A stretch of 64,000 bases of DNA, from assembly GCA_964564435.1 (NCBI GenBank), contig CAZMAT010000003.1:23869-87868 (forward strand), written 5' to 3'. The notes below the pieces were generated by a model that had not been told where the DNA came from, did no database searches, and was given only the letters and a program-made list of their open reading frames with translations. Position 1 is the stretch's first letter, and each line of letters opens with the position of its first letter. Source of the stretch: an uncultured bacterium (lineage in GTDB: Bacteria > Fermentibacterota > Fermentibacteria > Fermentibacterales > Fermentibacteraceae). Shown here in pieces: positions 18,372 to 27,957 of this stretch. Position numbers and translations under genes: made by a program.

Positions 18372-19142
18372 GTGCTGCTGTGTGATGACGAGCCCTTCGA
18401 GATCCCCCGGACCGTCGCGAGCATCGTCGAGTCCCTGCCGGGATGGCGTTTCACCGTGGCATCGCTGGGCGGCCACGCCTCCCTGCGGGACATCCGAAGG
18501 AACTCCTCCCGGTACCTGGGCCTCTACGGCCCTCTGGGATTCATCGCGAGAGGGTCGTGGATGATCCTCCTGAAGGTCCTCGCGGCGCTGCGCGCGCCCA
18601 CCGCCTCCCCCCATTCCCTGGCGCAGGCGGCCGCGAGGTCGGGGGCGGATTTCATCACGGTCGACCGCGTGAACTCCGAAGCGGGCAGGGCAGCCCTCGA
18701 AGCCCTCGAACCCGACGTCATCGTATCGATAGCCTGCCCGCAGATCCTCCAGCCGCGGACCCTGGCCATCGCTTCGGTCTGCGCGCTGAATCTCCACTCC
18801 GCCCTGCTCCCCATGAACAGGGGGATGCTGCCGACCTTCTGGTCCCTCTTCTCGGAACCGCCCCGCGCCGGAGTGACGCTGCACCTGATGACCGCCGAGC
18901 TGGATGGAGGGGGGATCCTCCTCCAGAGGGAGATCCCGGTCTCCCGCCGGACAACCTCCCTCCATTCCCTGATACGCCGGTGCAAGCAGACCGGGGCGGA
19001 AATGGTCACCGAAGGACTCCTGATTGTCGCTGAAGGATCCTGGGATACCCGCCCGAATCCATCCGGGGAGGGATCGAGGAATGGATTCCCCACGAAGGCG
19101 GACGTCGCTGAGTTCAGGCGCAGGGGGGGGCGCATCTGGTGA
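18372..19142 (+). CDS. Formyltransferase-family protein
   Basis: NLHSALLPMNRGMLP matches the HxSLLPxxRG formyltransferase core. The GTG start is uncertain. Confidence 0.6.
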   Translation: MLLCDDEPFEIPRTVASIVESLPGWRFTVASLGGHASLRDIRRNSSRYLGLYGPLGFIARGSWMILLKVLAALRAPTASPHSLAQAAARSGADFITVDRVNSEAGRAALEALEPDVIVSIACPQILQPRTLAIASVCALNLHSALLPMNRGMLPTFWSLFSEPPRAGVTLHLMTAELDGGGILLQREIPVSRRTTSLHSLIRRCKQTGAEMVTEGLLIVAEGSWDTRPNPSGEGSRNGFPTKADVAEFRRRGGRIW

Positions 19143-19228
19143 GCGGCGCTTCCTCCTGTGGGATTTCACGCAGAATAGCCCTGAGCTTCGACGTGAAGTA
19201 TGGATTCAGACGGGGACTCGTCCCATGA
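19139..19228 (+). other. Possible 29-codon upstream ORF created by duplication of the deacetylase 5' end
   Basis: GTG overlaps the formyltransferase stop (GTGA). It reads VSGASSCGISRRIALSFDVKYGFRRGLVP. Its stop overlaps the deacetylase ATG (ATGA). Confidence 0.3.
19146..19194 (+). repeat. 49-bp direct repeat, copy 1
   Basis: GCGCTTCCTCCTGTGGGATTTCACGCAGAATAGCCCTGAGCTTCGACGT, identical to 19232-19280. Confidence 0.95.
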
Positions 19229-20106
19229 GAAGCGCTTCCTCCTGTGGGATTTCACGCAGAATAGCCCTGAGCTTCGACGTCGAGGAGTGGTTCCAGACTG
19301 CCGCGGTCTGCCCCCGCGCCTGCGAGCCGGGATCGTCATGCCGGCGCCGGAGATCTCCCCTCCTTGTGGACGGATTGATCGACACCCTGGCGCAGTACGG
19401 GGCCAGGGCCACCTTCTTCGTCCTGGGAAGCCTCCTCGAGGCGGAGCCTTCCATCGGACAGGCCGTGACGGGATCCGGGAACGAGCTGGCCTGCCACGGA
19501 TGGAGCCACGGGAGCCTTCTCGCGATGGACCGGGAAGCCTTCAGGGCGGACATCGGGAGGTGCCTCGGGACATGGTCGAGGCTGTCGCTGCCTCCCCCGC
19601 GGGGTTACCGGGCTCCCAGCTTCAGCGTCACCGAACGGAACTCCTCCTGGGTCGCCGAAGAGCTGTCGGCAGCAGGCTTCCTCTACGACAGCAGCGTCTT
19701 TCCCATCCCGAGGATCAGGTACGGCATCCCGGCCGCTCCCCTGATCCCGTACCGACTCGAAAGCTGCGGCCTGCTCGAACTGCCCCTTGCCTCCGTGCCA
19801 GTGCTCGGGATCAGGATTCCGGCGGCCGGAGGGGCATGGATGCGCTTCATGCCGATGGATGTGCATTCCCACCTCCTGCGGAGTGCCTGTGCGGCAGGAA
19901 GGACGCCGGTTCTCTACGCCCATCCCTGGGAGTTCGACACACCATTCGACGGAGAAGCGGGGTTCCCCTGGATCGTCAGGCTCAGGCAGGGCCACGGCAG
20001 CGGCGGGAGGATGAGGAGGGCCCTCTCGAGGCTTCTCGGGAGCTTCGATTCGATCACACTCGAAGAACTCTGCCGGGAGTCGTCGCCGGGGATGGGTCCC
20101 ACATAA
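19225..20106 (+). CDS. Polysaccharide deacetylase family protein (NodB-like, DUF3473-type)
   Basis: ALSFDVEEWFQ near the N-terminus, and ...ELACHGWSH.... Confidence 0.7.
   Translation: MRSASSCGISRRIALSFDVEEWFQTAAVCPRACEPGSSCRRRRSPLLVDGLIDTLAQYGARATFFVLGSLLEAEPSIGQAVTGSGNELACHGWSHGSLLAMDREAFRADIGRCLGTWSRLSLPPPRGYRAPSFSVTERNSSWVAEELSAAGFLYDSSVFPIPRIRYGIPAAPLIPYRLESCGLLELPLASVPVLGIRIPAAGGAWMRFMPMDVHSHLLRSACAAGRTPVLYAHPWEFDTPFDGEAGFPWIVRLRQGHGSGGRMRRALSRLLGSFDSITLEELCRESSPGMGPT
19232..19280 (+). repeat. 49-bp direct repeat, copy 2 (inside the deacetylase 5' end)
   Basis: Identical to 19146-19194. The period is 86 bp. Confidence 0.95.
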
Positions 20107-20111
20107 AGGGA

Positions 20112-20136
20112 ACCGCCGGACGCTGGGTCCGGCGGT
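20112..20136. terminator. Bidirectional hairpin
   Basis: ACCGCCGGAC-GCTGG-GTCCGGCGGT, between convergent genes. Confidence 0.5.
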
Positions 20137-20162
20137 GTCCGTCGGCTCGTGACGCGAACCGG

Positions 20163-20357
20163 CTAGGGGGCCTCGATGGCCTCCACCGGGCAGACCGATG
20201 CGCAGGCTCCGCAGTCGATGCACTTGCTGTCATCGATCTTGTACGGCTTGCCCTCGCTTATGGCCTCGACCGGGCACTCGTCCTTGCAGGTTCCGCACGC
20301 TATGCACTTGTCGCCTATCTTGTACGCCACGTCAGCTCCCTTCGTGTGGTGCGGCAC
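20163..20357 (-). CDS. 2x[4Fe-4S] ferredoxin
   Basis: CIACGTCKDECP and CIDCGACASVCP. The true start may be the internal GTG (VAYKIGDK). Confidence 0.8.
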   Translation of the reverse strand: MPHHTKGADVAYKIGDKCIACGTCKDECPVEAISEGKPYKIDDSKCIDCGACASVCPVEAIEAP

Positions 20358-20451
20358 TATAACGGCGCGCTCCGAACGCCGTCAACGCGGGGGTCTTGCG
20401 CCGGAATGCCGGAAGCAGGAAAATAGTGCATGCTATCACCCGGGAGGGGCG

Positions 20452-20754
20452 GTGAAGGACTACCTTGCCGAGACATGCTTCGAGAAGGGCTGGGAGAGCG
20501 TCGACCGCAACTTCAGAAAGCTCTCGAGGGCGGCGGGAACAGGCGATCCGGGCTCGCCGGACCAGGTCGACGCCGACGAGATCTCGCATGAACTCGACCG
20601 CCTGTCCTCCCAGGTGGACCTGTTCGCCGATCTCTGGCTCCACTTCCACATGAGATACGAGGCCCTCATCCACGAGTTCGACCTGGATGTGAAGACGGAA
20701 ACGCCCGCCGGCGCAGGCAGGGCGGGCGGACGCAGGGGCGCGGGCAGGGGCTAG
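20452..20754 (+). CDS. Hypothetical protein
   Basis: GTG preceded by GGGAGGGG, and high GC3. No motif. Its stop shares a palindromic CTAG with the convergent ORF. Confidence 0.35.
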   Translation: MKDYLAETCFEKGWESVDRNFRKLSRAAGTGDPGSPDQVDADEISHELDRLSSQVDLFADLWLHFHMRYEALIHEFDLDVKTETPAGAGRAGGRRGAGRG

Positions 20755-21017
20755 GGTTCCTTCAGCCTGTCTTCGAGAGCCTTCCGCTTCCGCTCGAAGT
20801 CCATCCACCTCTCCGCGAAGGCATCGACGGTCTCCTGGAGGTCGACGAGCTCCCGGGCGAGGGCCTGCCTGGCCTCGAGACCCATGTCGTTCCTCTCCGA
20901 CATCTCCAGGTCGAGCCTGAGCCTGGCCATCCGCTCGTTTATCTCCTCCCAGGCCATCCTGAAAAGATAGTCGGGCTGCGCGCCCTCGCGCCTGCCCCTC
21001 TGATCCTCCTCAGCCAC
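20751..21017 (-). CDS. Small coiled-coil protein, 8-nt overlap with parB stop
   Basis: 88 aa, rich in E/R/L/A heptad-like sequence. It is the last gene of the ori-proximal minus-strand operon. Confidence 0.4.
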   Translation of the reverse strand: MAEEDQRGRREGAQPDYLFRMAWEEINERMARLRLDLEMSERNDMGLEARQALARELVDLQETVDAFAERWMDFERKRKALEDRLKEP

Positions 21018-21858
21018 CTATGATCTCCAGGATCCTCTCGAGATCCGAGAGAGACGAGTACTCCACGATCATGCTCCCCCGGCCCCCCCTGTCCCTTATC
21101 CTGACCCGGGCCGCGAGCCTGCGGGTGAGCTTCTCCTGGAGGTCGGCGACCGCTGGTGCGACGGGCTTCTGCGCCTTCCGGGGCGCGGGCTGGCGGGAGG
21201 CCTTCCTCACGTGTTCCTCGAGCTGGCGCACCGACATGTCCCTGGAGACCGCCAGCGCGGCGGCTGTTTCGATGGTGCGGGCGTCGTGGAGGGCCAGGAG
21301 TGCCCTTCCGTGCCCCATGGCGATCCTGCCGTCGCGGAGCATCGTCTTGACCGGGTCGGGGAGCTCCAGCAGCCGCATGAGGTTGGAGACTGTCGAACGG
21401 TCGAGGCCGGTCTGCCTGCCCATCTCCTCCTGGGTCAGAGAGAAGGTCGTGGAGAGCCTGCTGAAGGCCTCCGCCTTCTCGAGCGGCCCGAGATCCCTGC
21501 GCTGGATGTTCTCGACGAGCGCCCAGGCGAGCATCTGGGAGTCCGTAGCCTCCCTGACGACTGCCGGGACCTCCTTGAGCCCGGCCATCCGCGCAGCCCG
21601 GAGACGCCTCTCCCCGGCGATCACCTGGAAGCGGAGTCCCTGCTTCCTCAGTACCAGCGGCTGGAGGATCCCCTGCTCGCGGATCGAGTCGCTGAGCGAG
21701 CGGAGATCCGCCTCGTCCCACTCCCGCCTCGGCTGGTGGGGGTTGGGTTCGATCCGGTCCACGTCCACCGAAGCCACCTGCCCGGGTTCCGCCGGATCGA
21801 CAGACGGGAGAAGCGCCTCGAGGCCCCTGCCCAGGGCCCTCTTCCTCAACTGTGTCAT
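21010..21858 (-). CDS. parB: Chromosome partitioning protein ParB
   Basis: RALGRGLEALL, NPHQPRREWDE, ENIQRRDL and an HTH. Confidence 0.9.
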   Translation of the reverse strand: MTQLRKRALGRGLEALLPSVDPAEPGQVASVDVDRIEPNPHQPRREWDEADLRSLSDSIREQGILQPLVLRKQGLRFQVIAGERRLRAARMAGLKEVPAVVREATDSQMLAWALVENIQRRDLGPLEKAEAFSRLSTTFSLTQEEMGRQTGLDRSTVSNLMRLLELPDPVKTMLRDGRIAMGHGRALLALHDARTIETAAALAVSRDMSVRQLEEHVRKASRQPAPRKAQKPVAPAVADLQEKLTRRLAARVRIRDRGGRGSMIVEYSSLSDLERILEIIGG

Positions 21859-21901
21859 GGCTGTTCACCGCCCGCCCTTGATATCCCGTGCGTGATCGGC
21901 A

Positions 21902-22660
21902 TCATCTCGAAATAAGCTCCTCGGCGAGCTGCAGATAGCATCTCGCGCCGGGTGATTCGACATCGTAGTGCAGGACGGGCTTGCCGAAGCTGGGCGCCTC
22001 GCTGAGCCGGACGTTCCTGGGTATCCTGGTGCCGAGGAGCATCTCGCTGAGATGGTCCTCCGCGTCCGCCTCCACCTCCCTGCTGAGCTTCAGGCGCCTG
22101 TCGTACATCGTGAGCAGGACTCCCTCCATGGCGATGGCGGGATTCCAGAGCTGGCGCACTCTCCGGATCGTGTCGAGGAGGTGGGACAGGCCCTCGAGGG
22201 CATAGTACTCGCTCTGGAGAGGGAGCAGCACCGAGTCGGCGGCCACGAGCGCGTTGATCGTCAGCAGGCCGAGCGATGGAGGACAGTCAATCAGCACGAA
22301 GTCGAACCTGTCCATTCCCGGTGCCCTCAGCCTGTCACGAAGGAAGAACTCCCTGCCCTTCTGCGAGGCAAGGTCGATCTCGAGGCCTGCCAGATCCCTC
22401 GAACCCGGGATCGCCGACATCCCCTCGAACCCGGTCTCGACCACGGACTCGTCGAAGCCGGCGAGGCCAGCGAGGAGGGCATGTATGTTCCTCGGGGACG
22501 GAAGGGGCAGGCCCATGCCGCTGGTGGCGTTGGCCTGCGGATCGAGGTCCACGACGAGGACATCCTTCTCGAATGCGGCGAGGCTGGCTGCGAGGTTGAT
22601 CACGGTGGTGGTCTTCCCGACGCCGCCCTTCTGATTCGATACGGAGATGACCCTGCTCAT
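21902..22660 (-). CDS. parA: Chromosome partitioning ATPase ParA/Soj
   Basis: ISVSNQKGGVGKTT (deviant Walker A). ATGA overlap with rsmG. Confidence 0.9.
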   Translation of the reverse strand: MSRVISVSNQKGGVGKTTTVINLAASLAAFEKDVLVVDLDPQANATSGMGLPLPSPRNIHALLAGLAGFDESVVETGFEGMSAIPGSRDLAGLEIDLASQKGREFFLRDRLRAPGMDRFDFVLIDCPPSLGLLTINALVAADSVLLPLQSEYYALEGLSHLLDTIRRVRQLWNPAIAMEGVLLTMYDRRLKLSREVEADAEDHLSEMLLGTRIPRNVRLSEAPSFGKPVLHYDVESPGARCYLQLAEELISR

Positions 22661-23301
22661 GGAGTGGCCTTTCGGGTGCTTCCGGCCTCGCACGGCCGCA
22701 CGATCGGAATGCGATACTGCACAAGAACCCCCGGGCGGTCAAGCGGAGGAACCGGAAGATCCAGCGCACGCACGGACCCCGGCAGATAATATTCCCCCGG
22801 TGGGACCCTGACCGTCACGGAACAGGAATGACCGAGTTCTTCGAGAAGCCGGACCAGCTCCCCGGCAGGCATGAGAGACCGGGCTGTGAACTGCGGGGCA
22901 GTCCCGGGCCAGTCCTCCAGCCTGCTCCTGATGACCGACACATTCCCGAGGCCCAGCCTGCCGGCGGCATATTCGAGGAAGAGCGCCCTGTTCCTGCGCG
23001 GCTCGAGCAGGATCACCTCGAAACCGAGCATGGCGAGCACCATCCCGGGGAATCCGGCACCCGATCCGATGTCGGCCACGGGCTTCGATGGGTCGAGCAG
23101 CAGGGAGAAGGCGGCAGACTCGAGAACGTGCCTCTCCCACAGCCGGCCCGTCTCGGAGGGCCCGACCAGGTTCATGACCCGGTTTCTCTCCCGGATCATC
23201 TCCATGAAGCTCCCTGCGTCATCCCGGAATGACTCCGGGAAATCGATGCCGAGAGGAGCCTCTCCGGCTGCCGTGCTGTCAGACACCTGTCTTCGTTCCA
23301 C
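22657..23301 (-). CDS. rsmG: 16S rRNA (guanine527-N7)-methyltransferase
   Basis: DIGSGAGFPGMVLAM SAM motif, and position after mnmG. Confidence 0.85.
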   Translation of the reverse strand: MERRQVSDSTAAGEAPLGIDFPESFRDDAGSFMEMIRERNRVMNLVGPSETGRLWERHVLESAAFSLLLDPSKPVADIGSGAGFPGMVLAMLGFEVILLEPRRNRALFLEYAAGRLGLGNVSVIRSRLEDWPGTAPQFTARSLMPAGELVRLLEELGHSCSVTVRVPPGEYYLPGSVRALDLPVPPLDRPGVLVQYRIPIVRPCEAGSTRKATP

Positions 23302-25105
23302 GTGGAACCATCCTCAGAACGCCTATCAGAAGGCCTTCCAAGTCAGACGGCCTCATGCCCGGGATGAGAGCGGCCTCCCCCATGTTGGCCGGCCTGGCCT
23401 TCTGGAGCCTCTCCCTCGACTCCCAGCTTATCCCGTCCATGCATGAGAAGTCCTCCACGCCGGAGAGATCGACCGATGACATCCTCTCCACCTCTCGCAA
23501 CCTTCCCTCGGCGCGCCTCACGTGTCCCACGTACCTTTCGTCGAGCGCAGCGGTGAAGACGACCCCCGGATCGAGCGCTCCCAGCTTCCCGCTCAACCCG
23601 CCGAGCGATTCGACGTCGAATTCGGTCACTCTGCACAGATCCGCAAGCAGCCTGCCCCCGGCGCGTTCGGTATTCAATACAGTTCGCGCCTCTTCGAGCT
23701 GCCGCTCCATCCTTCTCAGCCTGGCTTCGTCACCGGGTCGGGACAGCCCCGATGAAACCGCGTGCGCGAGCAGCCTTGCTTCGGCGTTGTCAGGTCTTAT
23801 GTGGAGCCGGTTTGATGCTCGAGATGAGAAGAGGCGGTAAGGTTCCTCCAGGGTGCCTCCGGCTATGTCCTCGAGCATCACTCCCACGAATGAGTCGCTG
23901 CCCCGCGGTCGGAACCACCCGCCGCTCCCCGTCGAGGAACGTGCGGCGCCGGCTCCCGCCACCAGCCCGAGCCCCGCTGCCTCCTCGTATCCCGATGTAC
24001 CGCAGACCTGGCCCGCAAGGAAGACGTTGTCAGTTCCCGCCAGCCTCAGGTCCCTCCCGATCCATTCCCCCGGGAAGTACCCGTACTCGACGGCGTATCC
24101 CCACGATGCGACCACGGCCCGTCCGCAGCCGGGAAGGGATCTAATGATCTCGATCTGGGTTCTCCTCGGAAGACTCGTGGACATGCCCCCTGCGTAGACC
24201 AGCCTGCCGTCGATCCCCATCGGTTCGAGGAAGACGGGATGCTCGAGACGGTCGGGAAACCTCACGGCCTTGTCCTCGAAGCTCGGGCAGTAGCGCGGCC
24301 CTCTCCCACAGATCGACCCGTCGAAGAGCGGCGATCCGTCGATGCCGGACCTCGCGGCGTCGATCGCGCGGCTCCCAGCCCTTGTAGTGAAGCAGACGGC
24401 CCTCCTGTCGCTGAATCGCGCACCACCCCGTGACGAGAACCGCCAGCATGCACCCTCCTCGACCTGCTGCTCGACGGCGTCGTAGTCTATCGATCCTGCC
24501 AGCAGCCTCGGTGGAGTCCCCGTCTTGAAGCGTTCCACGTGGAACCCTCTGTCGGAAAAGTGCGAGCAGAGCCGTTCCGAGGCCTTGTCACCGGCTCTTC
24601 CTCCGCTCCATCTCTCACGACCCCTGAACAGGGCCGCTCCGAGAAACGTGCCGGCCGCGACGACGACGGCCCTGAAACAGATGGCACCCCCCGCGGAGAG
24701 CATCGCCGACATCGCCCTGTCGCCCGCCCATCGGAACTGTTCGACCTCTCCCTCGACGACCTCGACTCCGGACGACAGGAGGGCCCCTCTCACGAAAGAC
24801 GAGTAAGCGCTCCCGTCGCACTGGACCCGGGGTCCCCAGACAGCCGGACCCCTGCTCCTGTTGAGCATCCTGAACTGGATCGAGGCGTGATCGGCCGCTT
24901 CGCCCATCACACCGCCGAGCGCGTCTATCTCCCGGACCAGGGTGCCCTTCGCAACGCCCCCCACCGACGGGTTGCACGAGAGCATCGCTATCCGCGCGGC
25001 ATTCATCGTCACCAGCACGGTCCGCGCACCCATCCTGGCGGCTGCGAGGGCCGCCTCCGCCCCGGCGTGACCGCCACCGACCACCAGGACATCAGTCCCT
25101 GTCAT
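23279..25105 (-). CDS. mnmG: tRNA uridine 5-carboxymethylaminomethyl modification enzyme MnmG
   Basis: DVLVVGGGHAGAEAALAAARMG FAD motif. Start set at ATG 25105 (ATGA overlap with mnmE). Confidence 0.9.
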   Translation of the reverse strand: MTGTDVLVVGGGHAGAEAALAAARMGARTVLVTMNAARIAMLSCNPSVGGVAKGTLVREIDALGGVMGEAADHASIQFRMLNRSRGPAVWGPRVQCDGSAYSSFVRGALLSSGVEVVEGEVEQFRWAGDRAMSAMLSAGGAICFRAVVVAAGTFLGAALFRGRERWSGGRAGDKASERLCSHFSDRGFHVERFKTGTPPRLLAGSIDYDAVEQQVEEGACWRFSSRGGARFSDRRAVCFTTRAGSRAIDAARSGIDGSPLFDGSICGRGPRYCPSFEDKAVRFPDRLEHPVFLEPMGIDGRLVYAGGMSTSLPRRTQIEIIRSLPGCGRAVVASWGYAVEYGYFPGEWIGRDLRLAGTDNVFLAGQVCGTSGYEEAAGLGLVAGAGAARSSTGSGGWFRPRGSDSFVGVMLEDIAGGTLEEPYRLFSSRASNRLHIRPDNAEARLLAHAVSSGLSRPGDEARLRRMERQLEEARTVLNTERAGGRLLADLCRVTEFDVESLGGLSGKLGALDPGVVFTAALDERYVGHVRRAEGRLREVERMSSVDLSGVEDFSCMDGISWESRERLQKARPANMGEAALIPGMRPSDLEGLLIGVLRMVPRGTKTGV

Positions 25106-26343
25106 TTCCCCACGCACATCCTGCCCAGGGCGCGCTCCACCGCAATCCCGACTCCCGCTCCCCTGTCCATGCAGCAGTTCAATTCCCTCAGAGCGTCTGC
25201 GACATTCTCCGCCGCCAGCGCCAGATCCCGGCCGGACAATGCCCCCGAGGCCTCCACGATCCGCGTTTCTATCAGGCCCGCTATCGTGGTGAGCAGACCT
25301 CCCGGCCTCGCACCGGCGATCGCCTTCCCGAGCTCGTCGATCCCCTCTCCGGTGACGGAGCTGACCGGAAGCCACTCTCCCCTGATCTCGTCGCATCTGC
25401 TGGCGACCCTGACGATCCTGCCCGCGGTTTCGGCGAGGCCCCGCCCAGGCTCCTCACTCGAACCCGGACTCATCCAGACCACCACGTCCCCGCTGCCGAT
25501 CATTCCGAGGGCGATCCGGAGAGCCTCCGCGTCCGCCCCCTCGATCTCTCCATCCCTGAATCCCGGTGTATCGAACAGCTCCACAAGCCTTCCGCCGACA
25601 AGGGTGATGCACGAGGCTCCGTCCCTGGTGGTTCCAGCCTCGTCCGACACCACCGCTCTCTCGGCGCCCGCCAGCCTGTTGAAGAGCGTCGACTTCCCGG
25701 AGTTGACCGGGCCGGCCAGGAAGACCCTCACCGGACCCTCGGCCTTCCCGGCGCCCTCACGGAACAGGCGTGCCCGTTTCAGCGCCTCCTCCAGGCTCTC
25801 TCCCACGTCGAGCCGGTGTTCGTCGATGTCGTCGGGGAACTCGACGGCGGCTTCGATCTGCTCCGCCGATCGTTCGAGGGATTCCGCCAGGCGCGTACCC
25901 AGTTCCCCGAGCGCGCCTCCCGCCCCGCCGTCTTCGCTGTCTCTCCTCCAGAGAGATGCGAGCCCGATCACTTCCAGAGGGGAGATCCTGCCGGAAAGAT
26001 ATGCACGCCTCGTGAACTCGCCGGGCAGCGAGGGTCTCGCTCCCCGTGAGAGCATGCCCGCCAGCAGGCCGTCGACGATCTCCCGGGCTCCCGGGCAGAC
26101 GACGTCGACCATCTCCTCGCCCGTGTAGCTCCTGCCGGACGGCCACGAGAAAGCCACCGCATCCGCGCCCGGCGCAGCGCCCGGGATCGTGGCGACGGCC
26201 CTCCGCATCCCCGAGAGCCTGCCCTCTTCCAGATCGAGCAGCTCCTCGACCATCGCGGCACAGCCTTCGCCGCTCATCCTCAACAGCGCCAGCGCGGAAT
26301 CCCCCGGGGGGGTGGCCAGGGCGGCTATAACCTCTCCGGGCAA
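25102..26343 (-). CDS. mnmE: tRNA modification GTPase MnmE
   Basis: IAALATPPG, G1 motif GPVNSGKSTLFN, and C-terminal CVGK. Confidence 0.9.
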   Translation of the reverse strand: MPGEVIAALATPPGDSALALLRMSGEGCAAMVEELLDLEEGRLSGMRRAVATIPGAAPGADAVAFSWPSGRSYTGEEMVDVVCPGAREIVDGLLAGMLSRGARPSLPGEFTRRAYLSGRISPLEVIGLASLWRRDSEDGGAGGALGELGTRLAESLERSAEQIEAAVEFPDDIDEHRLDVGESLEEALKRARLFREGAGKAEGPVRVFLAGPVNSGKSTLFNRLAGAERAVVSDEAGTTRDGASCITLVGGRLVELFDTPGFRDGEIEGADAEALRIALGMIGSGDVVVWMSPGSSEEPGRGLAETAGRIVRVASRCDEIRGEWLPVSSVTGEGIDELGKAIAGARPGGLLTTIAGLIETRIVEASGALSGRDLALAAENVADALRELNCCMDRGAGVGIAVERALGRMCVGK

Positions 26344-26355
26344 GGCTCCCTCATC

Positions 26356-27957
26356 TCACTTCGCGCGCCTCTCCGCGGCCTGCACGGCGGGTGCGCCCTT
26401 CGCCTTAGGCACGAGCTTCTGTTCAGCGATCGAAAGGATGTTGTTCACGAACCAGTAGAGGGAGAGCCCTGCCGGGAACTTCATGAAGAACCACGTCATC
26501 ATCACGGGCATGATGTATGCCATGCTCTTCTGCGACGGGTCGGTCATCGACGTCTTCTGCTGGTAGAACATCGCCACCCCCATCAGCACGGGGAGCAGGC
26601 CGATCCCGGGCATCCCCAGTATGCTGGTCCCGAACGGGATCAGGATCTCGGGCCTGGACAGGTCGGTTATCCAGAGGACGAAACCGGCTCCACGCAGGTT
26701 CACCGAGTTCTCCAGCACGCGGTACAGGGCGAAGAATATCGGCATCTGGAGTATGAGAGGCAGGCAGCCTCCCAGGGGGTTCACCCCGTTCTCCTTGTAG
26801 AGCTTCGACAGCTCCTGCCTCTGGCGCATTGGATCGTTCGCGTACTTCTTCTGCAGCTCGATCACCAGGGGCTGCATCGACTGCATCCTCTTCATCGACC
26901 GGCTGCTGTGTATCGAGAGCGGCATGAGGGCCAGCTTCATCACGATCGACAGGATCACGATGCGCACGCCCCAGTTCGACGCGAACGACAGCACGGTGGT
27001 GAGGAAGAGATATATCAGCTTCCCTATCCACCGTATTATCGGCCACCCGAAGTCGACTAGGTTGTCCGTACGCGATCCGAGGGCGTGAAGCCTCCCGTAG
27101 TCCACCGGGCCGGCATACACCCTGACGTCGCCGCCCTCCAGCGTGACCCTCGGAGACTGGACAGGGTCGCTCGAGAACGCGAATGCGTCTCTGCGCGACC
27201 CGTCGCAGGGCATCATCAGCACTGTGAAATACCTCGACCTGGCGGCCGCCCACAGCACCCTGCCCAGCGCCAGCTCCTCGTCGAGGCTGCCCGGCTTCTT
27301 CGACCTGCTCTTCTCCGCGAACCACGCCGCGCTGAAATACCTCGAAGGGTCGGTGACGGCCTCTGTAACGGGGATTGCTCCCTGCGTGACTGTGAACGCG
27401 TCAGCTCCGGTGTCCGTTATCTCGAAGACGTAGCTCCCGGGATGGAACGTGTATGTCCGCTCCCGGCCGCCCTCCGCCGTCATCGTTATCCCGACGTCAC
27501 CCGATGCGACTACGGTTGAGGGGCCTCCGCACTCGAACTCCACGGGTCCGTCCTGACCCAGAGCCTCGAACCAGGGCTCGTTCGCCAGTTCGATCGGCCC
27601 GTCGGCACCTTCCGAGAGATTGCGCCATGAAGGCATGACCCACGAGACCACCGCTCCCCCGCTCGTGGAGAGCACGGCATCCACCAGGATCCCTCCGTGT
27701 CCGTCGGGGATGGATACGTTCACTAGGCGCTCCGGGATCGCATCGATCGGCGCCGGGGAAGAATCGACGGGGGTCTGCGCGGACGTCGCGTCCGGGATCG
27801 AATCCCCCGCGGTCCCGATCGTCGGGGATGCAGGAACCGGTTCCGGCCGTTCCGGCGCCTCCGGGGCCTGCCGTCTCGACGAGCCCAGCATCCATCCCGC
27901 CACCAGCACAAGGGACATGAGCACGGCTGCCAGGAGCAGCCTCTGCTGGTCACTCAT
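26356..27957 (-). CDS. yidC: Membrane protein insertase YidC
   Basis: [20 protein letters not shown], with a large periplasmic domain after TM1. Confidence 0.9.
   Translation of the reverse strand: MSDQQRLLLAAVLMSLVLVAGWMLGSSRRQAPEAPERPEPVPASPTIGTAGDSIPDATSAQTPVDSSPAPIDAIPERLVNVSIPDGHGGILVDAVLSTSGGAVVSWVMPSWRNLSEGADGPIELANEPWFEALGQDGPVEFECGGPSTVVASGDVGITMTAEGGRERTYTFHPGSYVFEITDTGADAFTVTQGAIPVTEAVTDPSRYFSAAWFAEKSRSKKPGSLDEELALGRVLWAAARSRYFTVLMMPCDGSRRDAFAFSSDPVQSPRVTLEGGDVRVYAGPVDYGRLHALGSRTDNLVDFGWPIIRWIGKLIYLFLTTVLSFASNWGVRIVILSIVMKLALMPLSIHSSRSMKRMQSMQPLVIELQKKYANDPMRQRQELSKLYKENGVNPLGGCLPLILQMPIFFALYRVLENSVNLRGAGFVLWITDLSRPEILIPFGTSILGMPGIGLLPVLMGVAMFYQQKTSMTDPSQKSMAYIMPVMMTWFFMKFPAGLSLYWFVNNILSIAEQKLVPKAKGAPAVQAAERRAK

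Noticed and set aside
20332-20808. 158-aa minus-strand ORF overlapping the 20452-20754 plus-strand ORF.
   Set aside because: It has Arg/Ala/Gly-rich shadow composition and overlaps two better-supported ORFs. The plus-strand ORF has a GGGAGGGG ribosome-binding site.
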